From Xylella taiwanensis (GTDB taxonomy: Bacteria; Pseudomonadota; Gammaproteobacteria; Xanthomonadales; Xanthomonadaceae): a stretch of DNA of 32,000 nucleotides. Position 1 is the stretch's first letter. The number at the start of each line of letters is the position of its first letter. A program made the position numbers and the translations under genes. Shown piece after piece: positions 9,094-21,416 of the stretch. The stretch covers positions 1,170,001 to 1,202,000 of the forward strand of contig NZ_CP053627.1 of the NCBI RefSeq assembly GCF_013177435.1, given 5' to 3'. The notes beneath the pieces are model-generated. The model was given only the letters and a program-made list of their open reading frames with translations, made no database searches and was not told where the DNA came from.

Positions 9094-9969
9094 CCGGATT
9101 TCCCTATGAATCAAGTCAATCGACAGTAAAAAAGCTGCTTTTACACTTTACCAATGCTGACTAAATGAATGTTTAGCCTTACAACGAGTACTCATTTGAT
9201 AAGCTTCCCGGTCAAGCTCCCTGTGCCCACAGGAGCGGGAGCTGGTTTCATTGTATCGAGTTGTCGATGATCTTTGATTTCCGGGATGCTGCCTGGCGCT
9301 GGTGGATGTGAAGTAAGCGCATGATAGGGCAGTGCAAGACAGATCGACGTGGGGCGGAATGAAGCTGGAAATCGCTTGCATCAAACGGATTGAAGATCAT
9401 CGATGTGAAGGACTGGATTTTAGAGGTTAACCGCTTGGCTCTTGAGGAGTATATCGCTCACATCTTGTTCGGTTTGTCCGATCAGGATGTCGCGCAACAT
9501 GGCTTAATTCAGCTCTTAAGCATGCCTGTCGACTTTCTCCAATACTTGAAAGATGAGCACCGTGTTTGTTAGTACCTCCAAAGATTAAGCACGTTTATGC
9601 TGACTAGCGCTGTGGTAGTCACGTGCTCAAACTGCCGCGTCATCGGCAAAATTGCAGACTCAGCCCGGGATCAATGATGGCAACGTTGCAGTAACTGCGG
9701 CAGGTCAGCGACGTTTTAGCTCTATTCCCGCTTGAGAGACAGTGAGAGTGGTGTGATGCAGCCTCCCGTGGCAAGGCGGTTGTAGTGATGTTGACTCAAC
9801 CCCATTTCTGCTTATATTTGCTGGTCAGTTCACCAGACAGGACGGCATGTGCGCCGCCGCTGGTCGGTGGGTATGGAGCGTTTATTCTGGGTGATGCAGA
9901 CGTTCACTGCTGATATGTATGGTGGAGTGAGTTGTTACTCAGCCTCTGTCCACTCAAAAAACGACGATG

Positions 9970-10007
9970 TGCAACGTTCCTAGGCGTCTGCGTCTGAGAA
10001 CGTTGCA
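9970..10007. promoter_or_regulatory. 10-bp-stem hairpin / inverted repeat TGCAACGTTC-N18-GAACGTTGCA upstream of mrp
   Basis: Read directly. The loop contains tandem GCGTCT GCGTCT. A related perfect palindrome GCAACGTTGC lies at 9680-9689. The hairpin is about 75 nt upstream of the mrp ATG. Confidence 0.4.
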
Positions 10008-10081
10008 TCGGTGATTCAAAGCAAGCTTTGATAGTGTTTAGAACATGCTGCCTCTTGGACGAATCCCGCGAATGGGCCAAG

Positions 10082-10987
10082 ATGGCGGAGTCACCACCGA
10101 TGAGCGCAGTCGAACAGCGCCTCCCCCTCAAATTGAGCAGCACATTTCTCCGAATCAGCCGTCACGCCGTCCAACCTGGCCTGTCTCCGCATCCATGCGT
10201 GCGCAATGTTATTGCGATTGGTTCTGGCAAGGGTGGGGTGGGTAAGTCAACCACCGCGGTCAATCTGGCCGTTGCGTTGCAGCGGGCCGGTGCTCGGGTG
10301 GGGGTGCTGGATGCGGACATCTACGGACCCAGTGTACCGGCCATGCTTGGGTTAAGTGGGCGCCCTGATAGTCCTGACAATAAATCGATCGAGCCATTGC
10401 GTGCATTCGGAATCGAGGCAATGTCGATTGGGCTGTTGATTGACATTGACACACCGATGATCTGGCGTGGTCCAATGGCCACGTCTGCACTCACCCAACT
10501 GTTCAACGATACGTTGTGGGGTGATCTGGACTATCTGCTGATCGATCTGCCGCCAGGCACAGGCGATATTCAACTGACCTTATCGCAGAAAATCCCTGTT
10601 GCAGGTGCTGTCATTGTGACCACACCCCAGGACATTGCCACGCTTGATGCGCGTAAAGCTTTGAAAATGTTTGAGAAAGTCAATGTCCCGGTACTTGGTA
10701 TCGTCGAGAATATGGCGATGCACTGTTGCCGGCAATGTGGACATGTGGAACATCTGTTTGGTGAAGGAGGGGCGCAGCGTATGGCAGCGCAATATCATGT
10801 GCCGCTGCTTGGATCATTGCCGCTGGACATTGCCATTCGCGAGCATGGCGATTCAGGTCAGCCGATTGCCGTTGCTGCACCTGACGGTATCGCTGGGCAA
10901 GCCTATGCTGCTGCCGCTGCCTGTCTGGTTGAACAATTGGCGAAACGCCCGCGTGCTGCGATTCCGATTGCTTCAACATTGGGTTGA
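10082..10987 (+). CDS. mrp: Mrp/ApbC-family Fe-S cluster carrier ATPase
   Basis: Contains VIAIGSGKGGVGKSTTAVNLAVAL (deviant Walker A), DLPPGTGD and a CxxC (CCRQCGH). Preferred start is the ATG at 10082; the longer track ORF starts upstream at 10028. Confidence 0.9.
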   Translation: MAESPPMSAVEQRLPLKLSSTFLRISRHAVQPGLSPHPCVRNVIAIGSGKGGVGKSTTAVNLAVALQRAGARVGVLDADIYGPSVPAMLGLSGRPDSPDNKSIEPLRAFGIEAMSIGLLIDIDTPMIWRGPMATSALTQLFNDTLWGDLDYLLIDLPPGTGDIQLTLSQKIPVAGAVIVTTPQDIATLDARKALKMFEKVNVPVLGIVENMAMHCCRQCGHVEHLFGEGGAQRMAAQYHVPLLGSLPLDIAIREHGDSGQPIAVAAPDGIAGQAYAAAAACLVEQLAKRPRAAIPIASTLG

Positions 10988-11147
10988 TCTGCACTACAAC
11001 ATGCTGCGTTGTTAGTGGTCTATTTGACTGAGCTGAAAACAGCAATGTCTGCAACAGTCGCACTTTGTGTGTTCGTGAAGTAATTTTTATTTAGTAATGG
11101 AATTTTCAAGGATTGGGGGATGCCCGGATCTTGATAGGTTGGTCTGA

Positions 11148-12455
11148 TTAACTCATGATCGCTTCTGCGTGAATGATTGCCTTGAACGCTGCACGCGCCG
11201 CTTCCAGCGTGGCCTCGATAATTTCCGGCGAATGCGCACTGGAGATAAATCCTGCCTCGTAAGCTGATGGAGCAAAGAACACGCCACGTTCAAGCATCGC
11301 GTGGAAGAAGCGATTGAAGCGGCCAATGTTGCAGGCGGTCGCTTGGGTATAGGTTTCGACGTGTTGATCGGTGAAGAACAAGCCGAACATGCCGCCAATC
11401 TGTTGCGTGGTCATTGCGATGCCGACGTCACTGGCTGCTTGTTCCAATCCGGCACACAGGGCCGCTGCGGCCTGGCTTAGATGCGTATAGAAATCGGGTG
11501 CCTGTATCAGTTCCAGCATCGCTAGACCAGCCGCCATTGCCACCGGATTGCCAGAGAGCGTACCGGCCTGATAGATCGGACCGACTGGAGCGATGTGTTG
11601 CATCAGATCACGGCGGCCACCATAAGCCCCCACCGGCATGCCCCCCCCGATGATCTTGCCGAAGGTGGTCAGGTCCGGCGTTACTCCGTACAGCCCTTGC
11701 GCGCCGCCAAGTGCGACGCGAAAGCCCGTCATCACCTCGTCGAAGATCAACAGTACTCCGTGCTGCGTGCAGAGTTTGCGTAGGTGTTGCAGATAGCCCG
11801 GTCGCGGTGGGATACAGTTAGCGTTGCCAATCACCGGTTCGATAATCACGGCGGCGATTTCGTTTCCCATTTTGTCGAACAGTGCTGTGGCACCATTGAA
11901 ATCGTTGTAAGTCAATGTGCTAGTCAGTGCGCTCAGTTCGGCTGGCACACCTGGCGAACTTGGTATGCCAAGGGTAAGCATGCCGCTGCCGGCTTTGACT
12001 AGGAACGAGTCGCCGTGGCCGTGGTAACACCCTTCAAATTTGACGATGCGGTTGCGCCCAGTGGTTCCACGTGCCAGTCGGATTGCCGACAATGTGGCCT
12101 CAGTGCCAGAGTTAACCATACGTACCATTTCGCAGGACGGCACTAGTCGAGTAATGGTTTCTGCCATGGTTACCTCGGCGGCGCACGGTGCGCCGTAGGA
12201 CAGACCGTTGCTGATTGCCGCCTGTACCGCCTCACGCACCACTGGGTGGTTGTGCCCTACGATCATCGGCCCCCAAGAGCCGACATAGTCGATGTAACGG
12301 TGGTCGTCGACGTCAAATAGATACGGGCCGTCAGCACGTGCAACGAAGAACGGCTCGCTGCCGACCGAGTGGAACGCACGCACCGGTGAATTAACGCCAC
12401 CAGGGATAAGTGTTTGTGCCTGGGCGAAGAGGGCATGAGAGCGAGAATGTTTCAT
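11148..12455 (-). CDS. hemL: Glutamate-1-semialdehyde 2,1-aminomutase
   Basis: [28 protein letters not shown]... is a typical HemL N-terminus, with class-III aminotransferase motifs. The first 53 codons of the track ORF (from 12614) look non-coding, so I start at the ATG at 12455. Confidence 0.93.
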   Translation of the reverse strand: MKHSRSHALFAQAQTLIPGGVNSPVRAFHSVGSEPFFVARADGPYLFDVDDHRYIDYVGSWGPMIVGHNHPVVREAVQAAISNGLSYGAPCAAEVTMAETITRLVPSCEMVRMVNSGTEATLSAIRLARGTTGRNRIVKFEGCYHGHGDSFLVKAGSGMLTLGIPSSPGVPAELSALTSTLTYNDFNGATALFDKMGNEIAAVIIEPVIGNANCIPPRPGYLQHLRKLCTQHGVLLIFDEVMTGFRVALGGAQGLYGVTPDLTTFGKIIGGGMPVGAYGGRRDLMQHIAPVGPIYQAGTLSGNPVAMAAGLAMLELIQAPDFYTHLSQAAAALCAGLEQAASDVGIAMTTQQIGGMFGLFFTDQHVETYTQATACNIGRFNRFFHAMLERGVFFAPSAYEAGFISSAHSPEIIEATLEAARAAFKAIIHAEAIMS

Positions 12456-13415
12456 GGGGAGCGGATACCTTCTATCTATTACCAGATCGGAATCGTTTGG
12501 CGAGTTGTAAGTTTGAATACATGTGTGTGGATCGCTAGATGTGGTTTTTATGTTTCGATCAAACGCATCATTGATGATGCAGATAACGTTCTTCGATGTT
12601 TGATGTGGTAACACGTGACTGAAAGATACGTTTAATTAGAGAAAAAAAGTAATTTGTAGCTATTCAAAATGCAGCTGCATGACGTGAGGTGCGACATGGG
12701 GATGATGTCATGTGGACTGGATGGTCTCCAAATTTTGATGCGATTCTTTACTTTTGAGAATGAGGCGTCATCGTCAGTGGAACTCGTAAGTTTTCATTTG
12801 ATAAAAATGGTTGAGCACTTTGTATGTATGTTATACGAGTGCAAGATTCTTCTGTCCGAATAGAGCATTTATTGACATGTGTACTGTCTTTGGAAACGAT
12901 GGATACTCTGAAGTTTGAACCCTTCAATCAGATCCGTAATACAGTAAAACCATCGCTTGTTATGTTTAGAAAAGACATTTCATGTAGGTTTAGTTGCGAG
13001 ATATTGATAAGCATTTTTCAGATATTTGTCCAGAATGACACATGCAAGATATTCGTGCTTTTGCATCATCTTGCTGTACATCATTAGCACCTTGGTGAAG
13101 GTATGTTTTGCAGCTTACTCTCCAGTGGCAATATACGAATCAATATCTAGCCAACACCTCGACAAGAAACTAGAAAAGATCATTGGTTGTTAGCGGATGG
13201 TATGTACCTAATGACACGCTGCGGGCTGTCACTGTGATTTCGTATTTTTGAAATACAATCGGTGTATCTGCACTGATTTATACGATTTACCCGTTAATGA
13301 CTCAATTTGAAATTATTCTGACAGTTCGATCAATCAGTGCGATGTCAAAACGATTTGAGCGCAAGTGGCATTACGTTGCAATTAATTGTATTCATTTCAT
13401 GTTTATCATGCGTGC

Positions 13416-15327
<1,912 letters not shown>

Positions 15328-15946
15328 TCAGATCGATCTCGATAGTTGTTTTTAAGGGCCGATTTTTGAATGCTTATCGGAACGGTGGTAACACGCATAA
15401 CAGCCATTGTGTGACGCCTTAGATGTCATACTGTTCATGGCGTCGTATCAAAAATACAGACTGAACGTTGTGGCACTGATATGTACGATGCCCGATTGGC
15501 GTTATTTGGAATACGGAAACTGAATTGGATTGAGCTGTACAGGATGTTAAACAAGGGCCAGCCGTGTGAGTCACAGATGGACGATCATATGCAGAGGGCT
15601 GAGGTTTGGATCAGATTGATGAGTATATTTAAGTGGCGATCATTATATGCCGTCCTGTGATTGCACCGGTGGGACGTAATGTCGCGGTTCCACAACAGCG
15701 TAGTACAAGTGAGCGGTATCCGTTCAGAGTAGGCAAACTATCTCCGTAATGGGGAGTTAGCGATGATCTTCATGACACTTCCCCAGCGGAGAGGGTTTCG
15801 GCAGGTGGTTCCTCCAAGTCGTGCTTGGTGGATTCTGATGTGTGATGCCCTCGCGTAAATATGTGACGATAATCACGCTAATATAGTCCTTGTAGGTTCA
15901 GTAACCTGCACAGATCATCTCACTATGGCATTAGTTTAGGAGTCCC

Positions 15947-16417
15947 ATGCCCATGTCTTTACGTCTTGTGATCGTCACTCTCATCGCCCTCGTTCTGGCT
16001 GGTTGCGCCAGCACTTCCAAAGTGATGCTAAGTGCGGCGCGTACGCCGATCGATCCAACATTAGTACGCATTTACCCGACTGTTCCTGCCAATGCTGTAC
16101 AGATCGCACAGCTTGAATCGATCACTGGTTCTGGGTTTGGCAACCAACGCCAAACTGATGCTGTGATAGACCAGCTCAAGCGTGAGGCAGCCAAACTTGG
16201 TGCTAATGGCCTGGTATTGGTGGGAGTCGGTTCGCAGCGTTCCGGTGGCGGCGTGTCGGTCGGTGCTGGTAACTTTGCTGGCCATGTCACCAGCGGTTTG
16301 AGTTTTGGTATTCCTACCACGCGAAAGCAAGCCGCAGGTATCGCGATTTTCGTACCTTCTGATACTGTGCTAGATAGAGTACCGGAGAAGACTCCATCAC
16401 GACCAAGAAGGCGCTGA
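15947..16417 (+). CDS. Putative lipoprotein
   Basis: MPMSLRLVIVTLIALVLAGC is a signal peptide with an L-A-G-C lipobox. AGGAG lies upstream. It has a Gly-rich middle and a basic tail. Function unknown. Confidence 0.65.
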   Translation: MPMSLRLVIVTLIALVLAGCASTSKVMLSAARTPIDPTLVRIYPTVPANAVQIAQLESITGSGFGNQRQTDAVIDQLKREAAKLGANGLVLVGVGSQRSGGGVSVGAGNFAGHVTSGLSFGIPTTRKQAAGIAIFVPSDTVLDRVPEKTPSRPRRR

Positions 16418-16634
16418 GGATACTCATCGACCGTTCGAGTGCGCCCAGCTTCGCAACAATTGGATGTTTTGATGGAGACTGCCCCGTGTGTCGTGGCTTT
16501 GGTGGATGCGTGGGTTATGTATGGTCCCCAGTATGGAGGGGGGCACGTCTGTGTTGGATCATGACTGCCTGTAATTATGATCCGTGCTCCGCATATTATG
16601 GTGGTTCATCAATCAGTTTGCCGGTGAACTTTGC

Positions 16635-17420
16635 ATGCTTTTTGTCGAACTTCAGCAACATCGCCTGCATTACCGTATTGATGGCCATACCGATGCCCCG
16701 TGGTTGACCTTCTGCCACTCGCTTGGTGCCGATCTTCATATGTGGGATGCTCAGGTGGAGCGGTTGGCTCAACACTACCGTGTGCTACGTTATGACAGTC
16801 GCGGTCATGGTCAGTCTGGAATGCCGCCTGGGGTATACACCGTTGCTGATTTAGGTGGCGACGTGCTTGCCCTGTGGGACATGTTGGGTGTCATACGAAG
16901 CCATTTTTGTGGTTTGTCGATCGGGGGGCTGACTGGACAGTGGTTGGCTCTCAATGCATCAGAGCGGTTGAACCGATTGGTGGTCTGCGCCACTGCGCAG
17001 CAGATGGGTAGTGCTGATGTCTTATATAAGCGTATCGCTCAGGTACGTGCTGAGGGTCTTGATGGCTTGGCCGCTGCCACAATGCAACGCTGGTTTACCT
17101 CTGGCTTTGTTACCACACAGCCGCAGCGTGTGGCTGAGATAATCGCCGTATTTACAAATACTGCGCTGGAGGGTTATGTGGGGTGCTGCCATGCGGTGGC
17201 TGAGGCCGATTTCCGCGATTTGCTCGGTACAGTCGAGACGCCGTTGCTTGCGATTGCTGGTGAGGACGATCCGATTTGCCCGCCGCAGGTGTTACAAGAG
17301 ATTGCCGATGCAGTGGCTCACAGTGACTGCGTGGTGATTCCCGGAGGACATTTGTGCAATGTCGAATCACCGGAGCCCTTCAACGATGCGCTGTTGAGTT
17401 TTCTGGAGCGTAAGTGCTGA
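16635..17420 (+). CDS. pcaD: 3-oxoadipate enol-lactonase-like alpha/beta hydrolase
   Basis: LHYRIDGHTDAPWLTFCHSLGADLHMWDAQV..LRYDSRGHGQS..FCGLSIGG (nucleophile elbow GxSxG)...GGHLCNVESPEPF matches my memory of PcaD closely. Preferred ATG is at 16635. Confidence 0.8.
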   Translation: MLFVELQQHRLHYRIDGHTDAPWLTFCHSLGADLHMWDAQVERLAQHYRVLRYDSRGHGQSGMPPGVYTVADLGGDVLALWDMLGVIRSHFCGLSIGGLTGQWLALNASERLNRLVVCATAQQMGSADVLYKRIAQVRAEGLDGLAAATMQRWFTSGFVTTQPQRVAEIIAVFTNTALEGYVGCCHAVAEADFRDLLGTVETPLLAIAGEDDPICPPQVLQEIADAVAHSDCVVIPGGHLCNVESPEPFNDALLSFLERKC

Positions 17421-17497
17421 GGTCATTGCGATAGTGTTTAAAAAGAAATGTTCCAGCGGACAGAGGGCTTTGGACAGCTGATTCTTGATCTGAGAGT

Positions 17498-18358
17498 TCA
17501 TTCCAGCAATGTACTCAGATGCTTTGCCGCGTCTCGCAGGGCTGTCAGCACCGGTCCTTGCAGGCACTGCAGGCTCACTCGTTCAACCTGGGTGCTGGCG
17601 TTGAGTGCGGCCACAATTTCACCGCGGCGATTGTGCACGGGTACCGCGATCGAACGCAGTCCGATTTCCCATTCCTGATCGACCACTGCTGTCCCTTCGC
17701 GGGATATGTGCAGCAGTCGTTTGACGAGTTCGGAACGCTGGGTGATGGTGTGTTCGGTGCGTGGGCGCAACAAAGTGCGATTGAGGTAGGCCTCAAGTGT
17801 GTGCTGTGGCAGTCCAGCCAGCAGCATGCGACCCATTGAAGTGCAGTAGGCCGGTAAACGGCTACCCGGTTTCAGACAAATCGATGTGATCCGAACTGTC
17901 TCGGCGCGTGCGATGTAGAGCACCTCGTCGCCGTCTAGCACACTCAGCGAGCATGATGCTTGCAGTTGGTTAGATAGCGCTTCTAGCACTGGCTGTGCTG
18001 CCAACGTCATTGGCGAAGAGGCTGCATAGGCGTTGCCGATGGCTAGCACGCGTGGCAACAGCATGTAAGCACGGCCTTGTTCCCCAACGTAGCCAAGGCG
18101 TACTAGCGTGTACAACACACGTCGTACCGCTGCACGTGAGATGCCGGTTTCCAGGCTGACTTGCGACATTGTCACTGTGCGCGTGTGATACGTAAATACA
18201 CTGAGCACCAACAGCCCGCGTGCCAACGAGGTCATGAAATCAGGATCGCCCTGCAATGCCTTGATGCGTTGGTTAAGCTCTCGAGTGAGGGGAGGCTCTT
18301 TGATGCTGGGGGAACAGAGCAAGTGGTGGGGGCGAGGAAGAAAAGACGTATCGGTCAT
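17498..18358 (-). CDS. pcaR: IclR-family transcriptional regulator, PcaR-like
   Basis: GDPDFMTSLARGL, ISRAAVRRVLYTL (HTH), RLPAYCTSMGRMLLA and GLRSIAVPV match PcaR/PobR-type regulators as I recall them. Preferred ATG is at 18358 (MTDTSF). Confidence 0.85.
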   Translation of the reverse strand: MTDTSFLPRPHHLLCSPSIKEPPLTRELNQRIKALQGDPDFMTSLARGLLVLSVFTYHTRTVTMSQVSLETGISRAAVRRVLYTLVRLGYVGEQGRAYMLLPRVLAIGNAYAASSPMTLAAQPVLEALSNQLQASCSLSVLDGDEVLYIARAETVRITSICLKPGSRLPAYCTSMGRMLLAGLPQHTLEAYLNRTLLRPRTEHTITQRSELVKRLLHISREGTAVVDQEWEIGLRSIAVPVHNRRGEIVAALNASTQVERVSLQCLQGPVLTALRDAAKHLSTLLE

Positions 18359-18385
18359 CGAGAAGCGTACCCATTTGGGAGTCGC

Positions 18386-18441
18386 GTTGCCGGCATAGTA
18401 TGCGTATTGAATACTGTATATGTGTTGCCGGCATAGGATGC
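18386..18441. promoter_or_regulatory. Two direct copies of GTTGCCGGCATAG(T/G)ATGC (each containing palindrome TGCCGGCA), candidate operator in the pcaR upstream region
   Basis: Copies at 18386-18403 and 18424-18441 match 17 of 18 positions with a 38-bp period. A near-palindrome GTATTGAATAC lies between them. The first copy starts 28 nt upstream of the pcaR ATG. Confidence 0.35.
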
Positions 18442-18790
18442 CGCGCACAAAATAATTTGCGTTCTATCACTAATGTGGAACTTGATTGACAATGATTCAT
18501 TATCAAGGAGGTTATCTGTAGGCGGTACGCGACACAGAAGATGGATGCTTGTACCATCATGAAACACAGCATGCGGATATGACATCGTATTGAATCGGTG
18601 TGGTTGAACGTATCGTTTGGCTATTTTGTGATAGTGCTATTAGTTGACCAACGTGGAATTGGATTGTCCAAAACGCATAGTGCATTGCACGGGGTTTTTT
18701 TCAGCGATATCCGAGTTGAAGTCGCTTCAGCGGTGAAATCAGCTCATGCTGAGGTGAGCTTGGCCAAGGATGTTTGTTGAAGGTCAGGTA

Positions 18791-19231
18791 TTAGGACGTG
18801 TTACGGATGCGGATCGCTTTTTTAAAATCCACGCTGGTATACGTTGCATGGTAGTCAAATGGAGATATTAAAATTTTTTGTAAGGCAATTCGCGTCATCT
18901 CATCCATTTTCAGAGGCAGGGACACTTCCAATTGGATCACTTTGAAGAAGCGATATGTGGTCTTGTCGTCACTTGTAGTGATAGTGGTGGGAGGCTCTTT
19001 GAGCTGTGCGAAGGATTTTTCTATCTCCGGATATTGAGTCTTGTATTTGTAATAGTCTGTGATTGTTTTTGTGTTGCACTTTTGGGGTGGATTGGGGCAG
19101 ATTGCGATCTGCTTGTGTGACTGGTAACAGCGTGATTGCCACGGTGCGTTTATATTGTGTGCTTGGCTGTTATCGGTGTCTTTTGCATTGGAATTTTCGA
19201 GCAATGTTGCGGTGAGATCCATAATATCCAC
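18791..19231 (-). CDS. Hypothetical protein, orphan-looking, visibly lower GC than neighbours
   Basis: 146-codon ORF (GTG at 19231 with AGGA 4 nt upstream, or ATG 3 codons in). I recognise no motif. The T/K/N/Q/P-rich composition could partly reflect the A+C-rich minus strand, so coding status is uncertain. Confidence 0.4.
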   Translation of the reverse strand: MDIMDLTATLLENSNAKDTDNSQAHNINAPWQSRCYQSHKQIAICPNPPQKCNTKTITDYYKYKTQYPEIEKSFAQLKEPPTTITTSDDKTTYRFFKVIQLEVSLPLKMDEMTRIALQKILISPFDYHATYTSVDFKKAIRIRNTS

Positions 19232-19526
19232 TTATCCTGATGTGACGTGAAAGTGGGCATCGATTCCAGTGTAGATATCGCCGCTCGATTTTCAGTTGCT
19301 GGGTGGTGCATTGCCTTTGCGCGACGTGCCTTATATGAGATTTAGATCAAAAGTAAAGTTAAGAATCATTGTTTAATAGTCACTGTTCAATGAGGTGAAA
19401 CTCCAGCGCGGCGCATTAATTTTCGCGAGTATTTTGGTGTTCCGTTGTCGCGTGGATATTCACGTGAATTATCTTCTGCCGGTCTCATGGAGGGAGCGAA
19501 CGATATGTGCGGTGATGTGATTGGAA

Positions 19527-21416
19527 TCAGGCGACGCGGTTGCGACGTAGGCGCTCCAGGTGTACCAGTAATAACGAGATCGCTGCAGGTGTCATACCCG
19601 GGATGCGTTGTGCCTGACCGATTGTCTGCGGCTGGGTGTGTTGCAGCTTCTGTAGTACCTCTGTCGAGAGTCCTCGCACTGCGGCATAGTCGAATTCAAG
19701 TGGGATTGTAGTAGCCTCGTGGCGCTGCTGGCGCGTAATTTCTTCGCGTTGACGGTTTAAATAGCCGGCGTATTTAACCCCGATCTCGACTTGCTCAGCG
19801 ACCTGCGCATCGTCCACACCCGGACCCAGTGAAGGTACGCGCATCAGTGCAGCGTAATCCAGCGTTGGCCGCTTCATGAGGTCAATGACGTTGGTTTCGC
19901 GGCTTATTGTCACCCCTAGGGTCGCCTTGACTTCACGACCTAGCGCGTTGCCTGGCGTGGCCCACAGCGCGGATAAGCGTCCACATTCACGTGCTACTGC
20001 TTCCTGTTTCGCACTGAAGCGTGCCCATCGCGTATTGTCGACGAGGCCTAGATCACGGCCGATTGCGGTTAGGCGTGCGTCGGCGTTGTCTTCGCGCAAC
20101 TGCAATCGGTACTCGGCTCGACTAGTGAACATGCGGTACGGCTCGTTGGTGCCGTGAGTGATCAAATCGTCGACCAGGACACCCAGGTAGGCTTGGTTGC
20201 GGTGTGGTGTCCAGGGAGACAACCCACGCACATGGCGTGCGGCATTGAGCCCAGCCAGCAGGCCCTGCGCGGCGGCTTCTTCGTAGCCGGTGGTGCCGTT
20301 GATCTGCCCGGCGAAGAACAGTCCAGCGACTGCTTTCGTTTCCAGTGACGATTTGAGCCCACGCGGGTCGAAGAAGTCGTATTCGATGGCATAACCGGGG
20401 CGGGTGATGTGAGCTTGCTCGAACCCACGGATGCTACGTACCAGCTCTAGCTGGACGTCGAACGGCAATGAGGTTGAGATGCCATTTGGGTAGATGTCGA
20501 TGACGTTCAGCCCCTCGGGTTCGACGAAGATCTGGTGATTGCTCTTCTCAGCGAAGCGCACCACCTTGTCTTCAATCGATGGGCAATAGCGTGGGCCGAT
20601 GCCCTCAATCTGCCCGCTGTAGAGTGGCGAACGGTGCAGTGCAGCCCGGATGATCGCGTGCGTGCGTTCGGTAGTTTGGGTCATCCAGCAGCTGACTTGA
20701 CGTGGATGAGAAGCTGGATTGCCGATGAAGGACATCACTGGGCGTGGGACGTCGCCTGGTTGCTCTTGCATCGCCGTGTAGTCCAGCGTCCGGCCATCGA
20801 TCCTTGGTGGGGTACCTGTCTTGAGTCGTGCACCCGCGAATACACGTTCACGCAGGCGTGCGGCCAGTGTGGTTGCTGGCGGGTCACCCATGCGTCCGGC
20901 GGCATATTGGTTTGATCCGATGTGGATTTTACCGGCAAGGAATGTGCCGGCGGTCAGCACCACGGCTGGGGCCTTGAAATGCAATCCTGTCTGTGTAATC
21001 GCACCATGTACTGAATCGCCTTCAAACAGTAGGTCGTCCACCTCGGCCTGGAACACGCTCAGGTTTACCTGTGTTTCGATCAGGTGCCGGATCGCAGTGC
21101 GGTATAACGCGCGGTCTGCTTGGCAGCGAGTGGCGCGCACAGCTGGGCCCTTGGAGGCGTTGAGCGTGCGCCATTGGATGCCAGCGGCGTCTGCGGCGTG
21201 TGCCATTGCTCCGCCGAGTGCGTCGATCTCTTTGACCAAGTGGCCCTTACCAATGCCTCCGATTGCTGGGTTGCAGCTCATTGCGCCGATGGTTTCGACA
21301 TTGTGGGTCAGTAATAGCGTGTGTGCTCCGGTCCGTGCGGCTGCCAGTGCAGCTTCGGTACCAGCATGGCCACCACCGATGACGATGACATCGTAGCGAT
21401 AGAAGGAATCAGTCAT
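19527..21416 (-). CDS. mnmG: tRNA uridine 5-carboxymethylaminomethyl modification enzyme MnmG (GidA)
   Basis: 629-aa [24 protein letters not shown] is the FAD-binding N-terminus, and GidA motifs are conserved throughout ([35 protein letters not shown]). Confidence 0.95.
   Translation of the reverse strand: MTDSFYRYDVIVIGGGHAGTEAALAAARTGAHTLLLTHNVETIGAMSCNPAIGGIGKGHLVKEIDALGGAMAHAADAAGIQWRTLNASKGPAVRATRCQADRALYRTAIRHLIETQVNLSVFQAEVDDLLFEGDSVHGAITQTGLHFKAPAVVLTAGTFLAGKIHIGSNQYAAGRMGDPPATTLAARLRERVFAGARLKTGTPPRIDGRTLDYTAMQEQPGDVPRPVMSFIGNPASHPRQVSCWMTQTTERTHAIIRAALHRSPLYSGQIEGIGPRYCPSIEDKVVRFAEKSNHQIFVEPEGLNVIDIYPNGISTSLPFDVQLELVRSIRGFEQAHITRPGYAIEYDFFDPRGLKSSLETKAVAGLFFAGQINGTTGYEEAAAQGLLAGLNAARHVRGLSPWTPHRNQAYLGVLVDDLITHGTNEPYRMFTSRAEYRLQLREDNADARLTAIGRDLGLVDNTRWARFSAKQEAVARECGRLSALWATPGNALGREVKATLGVTISRETNVIDLMKRPTLDYAALMRVPSLGPGVDDAQVAEQVEIGVKYAGYLNRQREEITRQQRHEATTIPLEFDYAAVRGLSTEVLQKLQHTQPQTIGQAQRIPGMTPAAISLLLVHLERLRRNRVA

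Noticed and set aside
9718-9734. AGCTCTATTCCCGCTTG resembling the 5' end of tRNA-Gly (4480-4496)
   Set aside because: It shares an 11-mer plus 4 nt with a 2-nt indel. The flanks do not fold as a tRNA. Integration-generated duplicates would involve the tRNA 3' end, not the 5' end.
11641-11648. C8 homopolymer (G8 on the coding strand) inside hemL as a phase-variation tract
   Set aside because: It encodes the conserved IIGGGMP segment of an essential-type housekeeping enzyme and the frame is intact. There is no reason to expect programmed slippage.
19222-19231. DnaA-box-like ATATCCACT and the idea that oriC lies next to mnmG (gidA) as in E. coli
   Set aside because: There is only a single 7-of-9 match. 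Neither mnmG flank shows a cluster of DnaA boxes or AT-rich 13-mers.
20821-21396. Long antisense ORFs inside real genes (20821-21396 in mnmG; also 7815-8405 in the phosphatase gene, 1849-2349 in the ABC-F gene, 30953-31402 in the RND gene)
   Set aside because: They lie entirely within well-supported genes on the other strand. They have Arg/Ser/Ala/Pro-rich shadow-frame composition and no independent signals.
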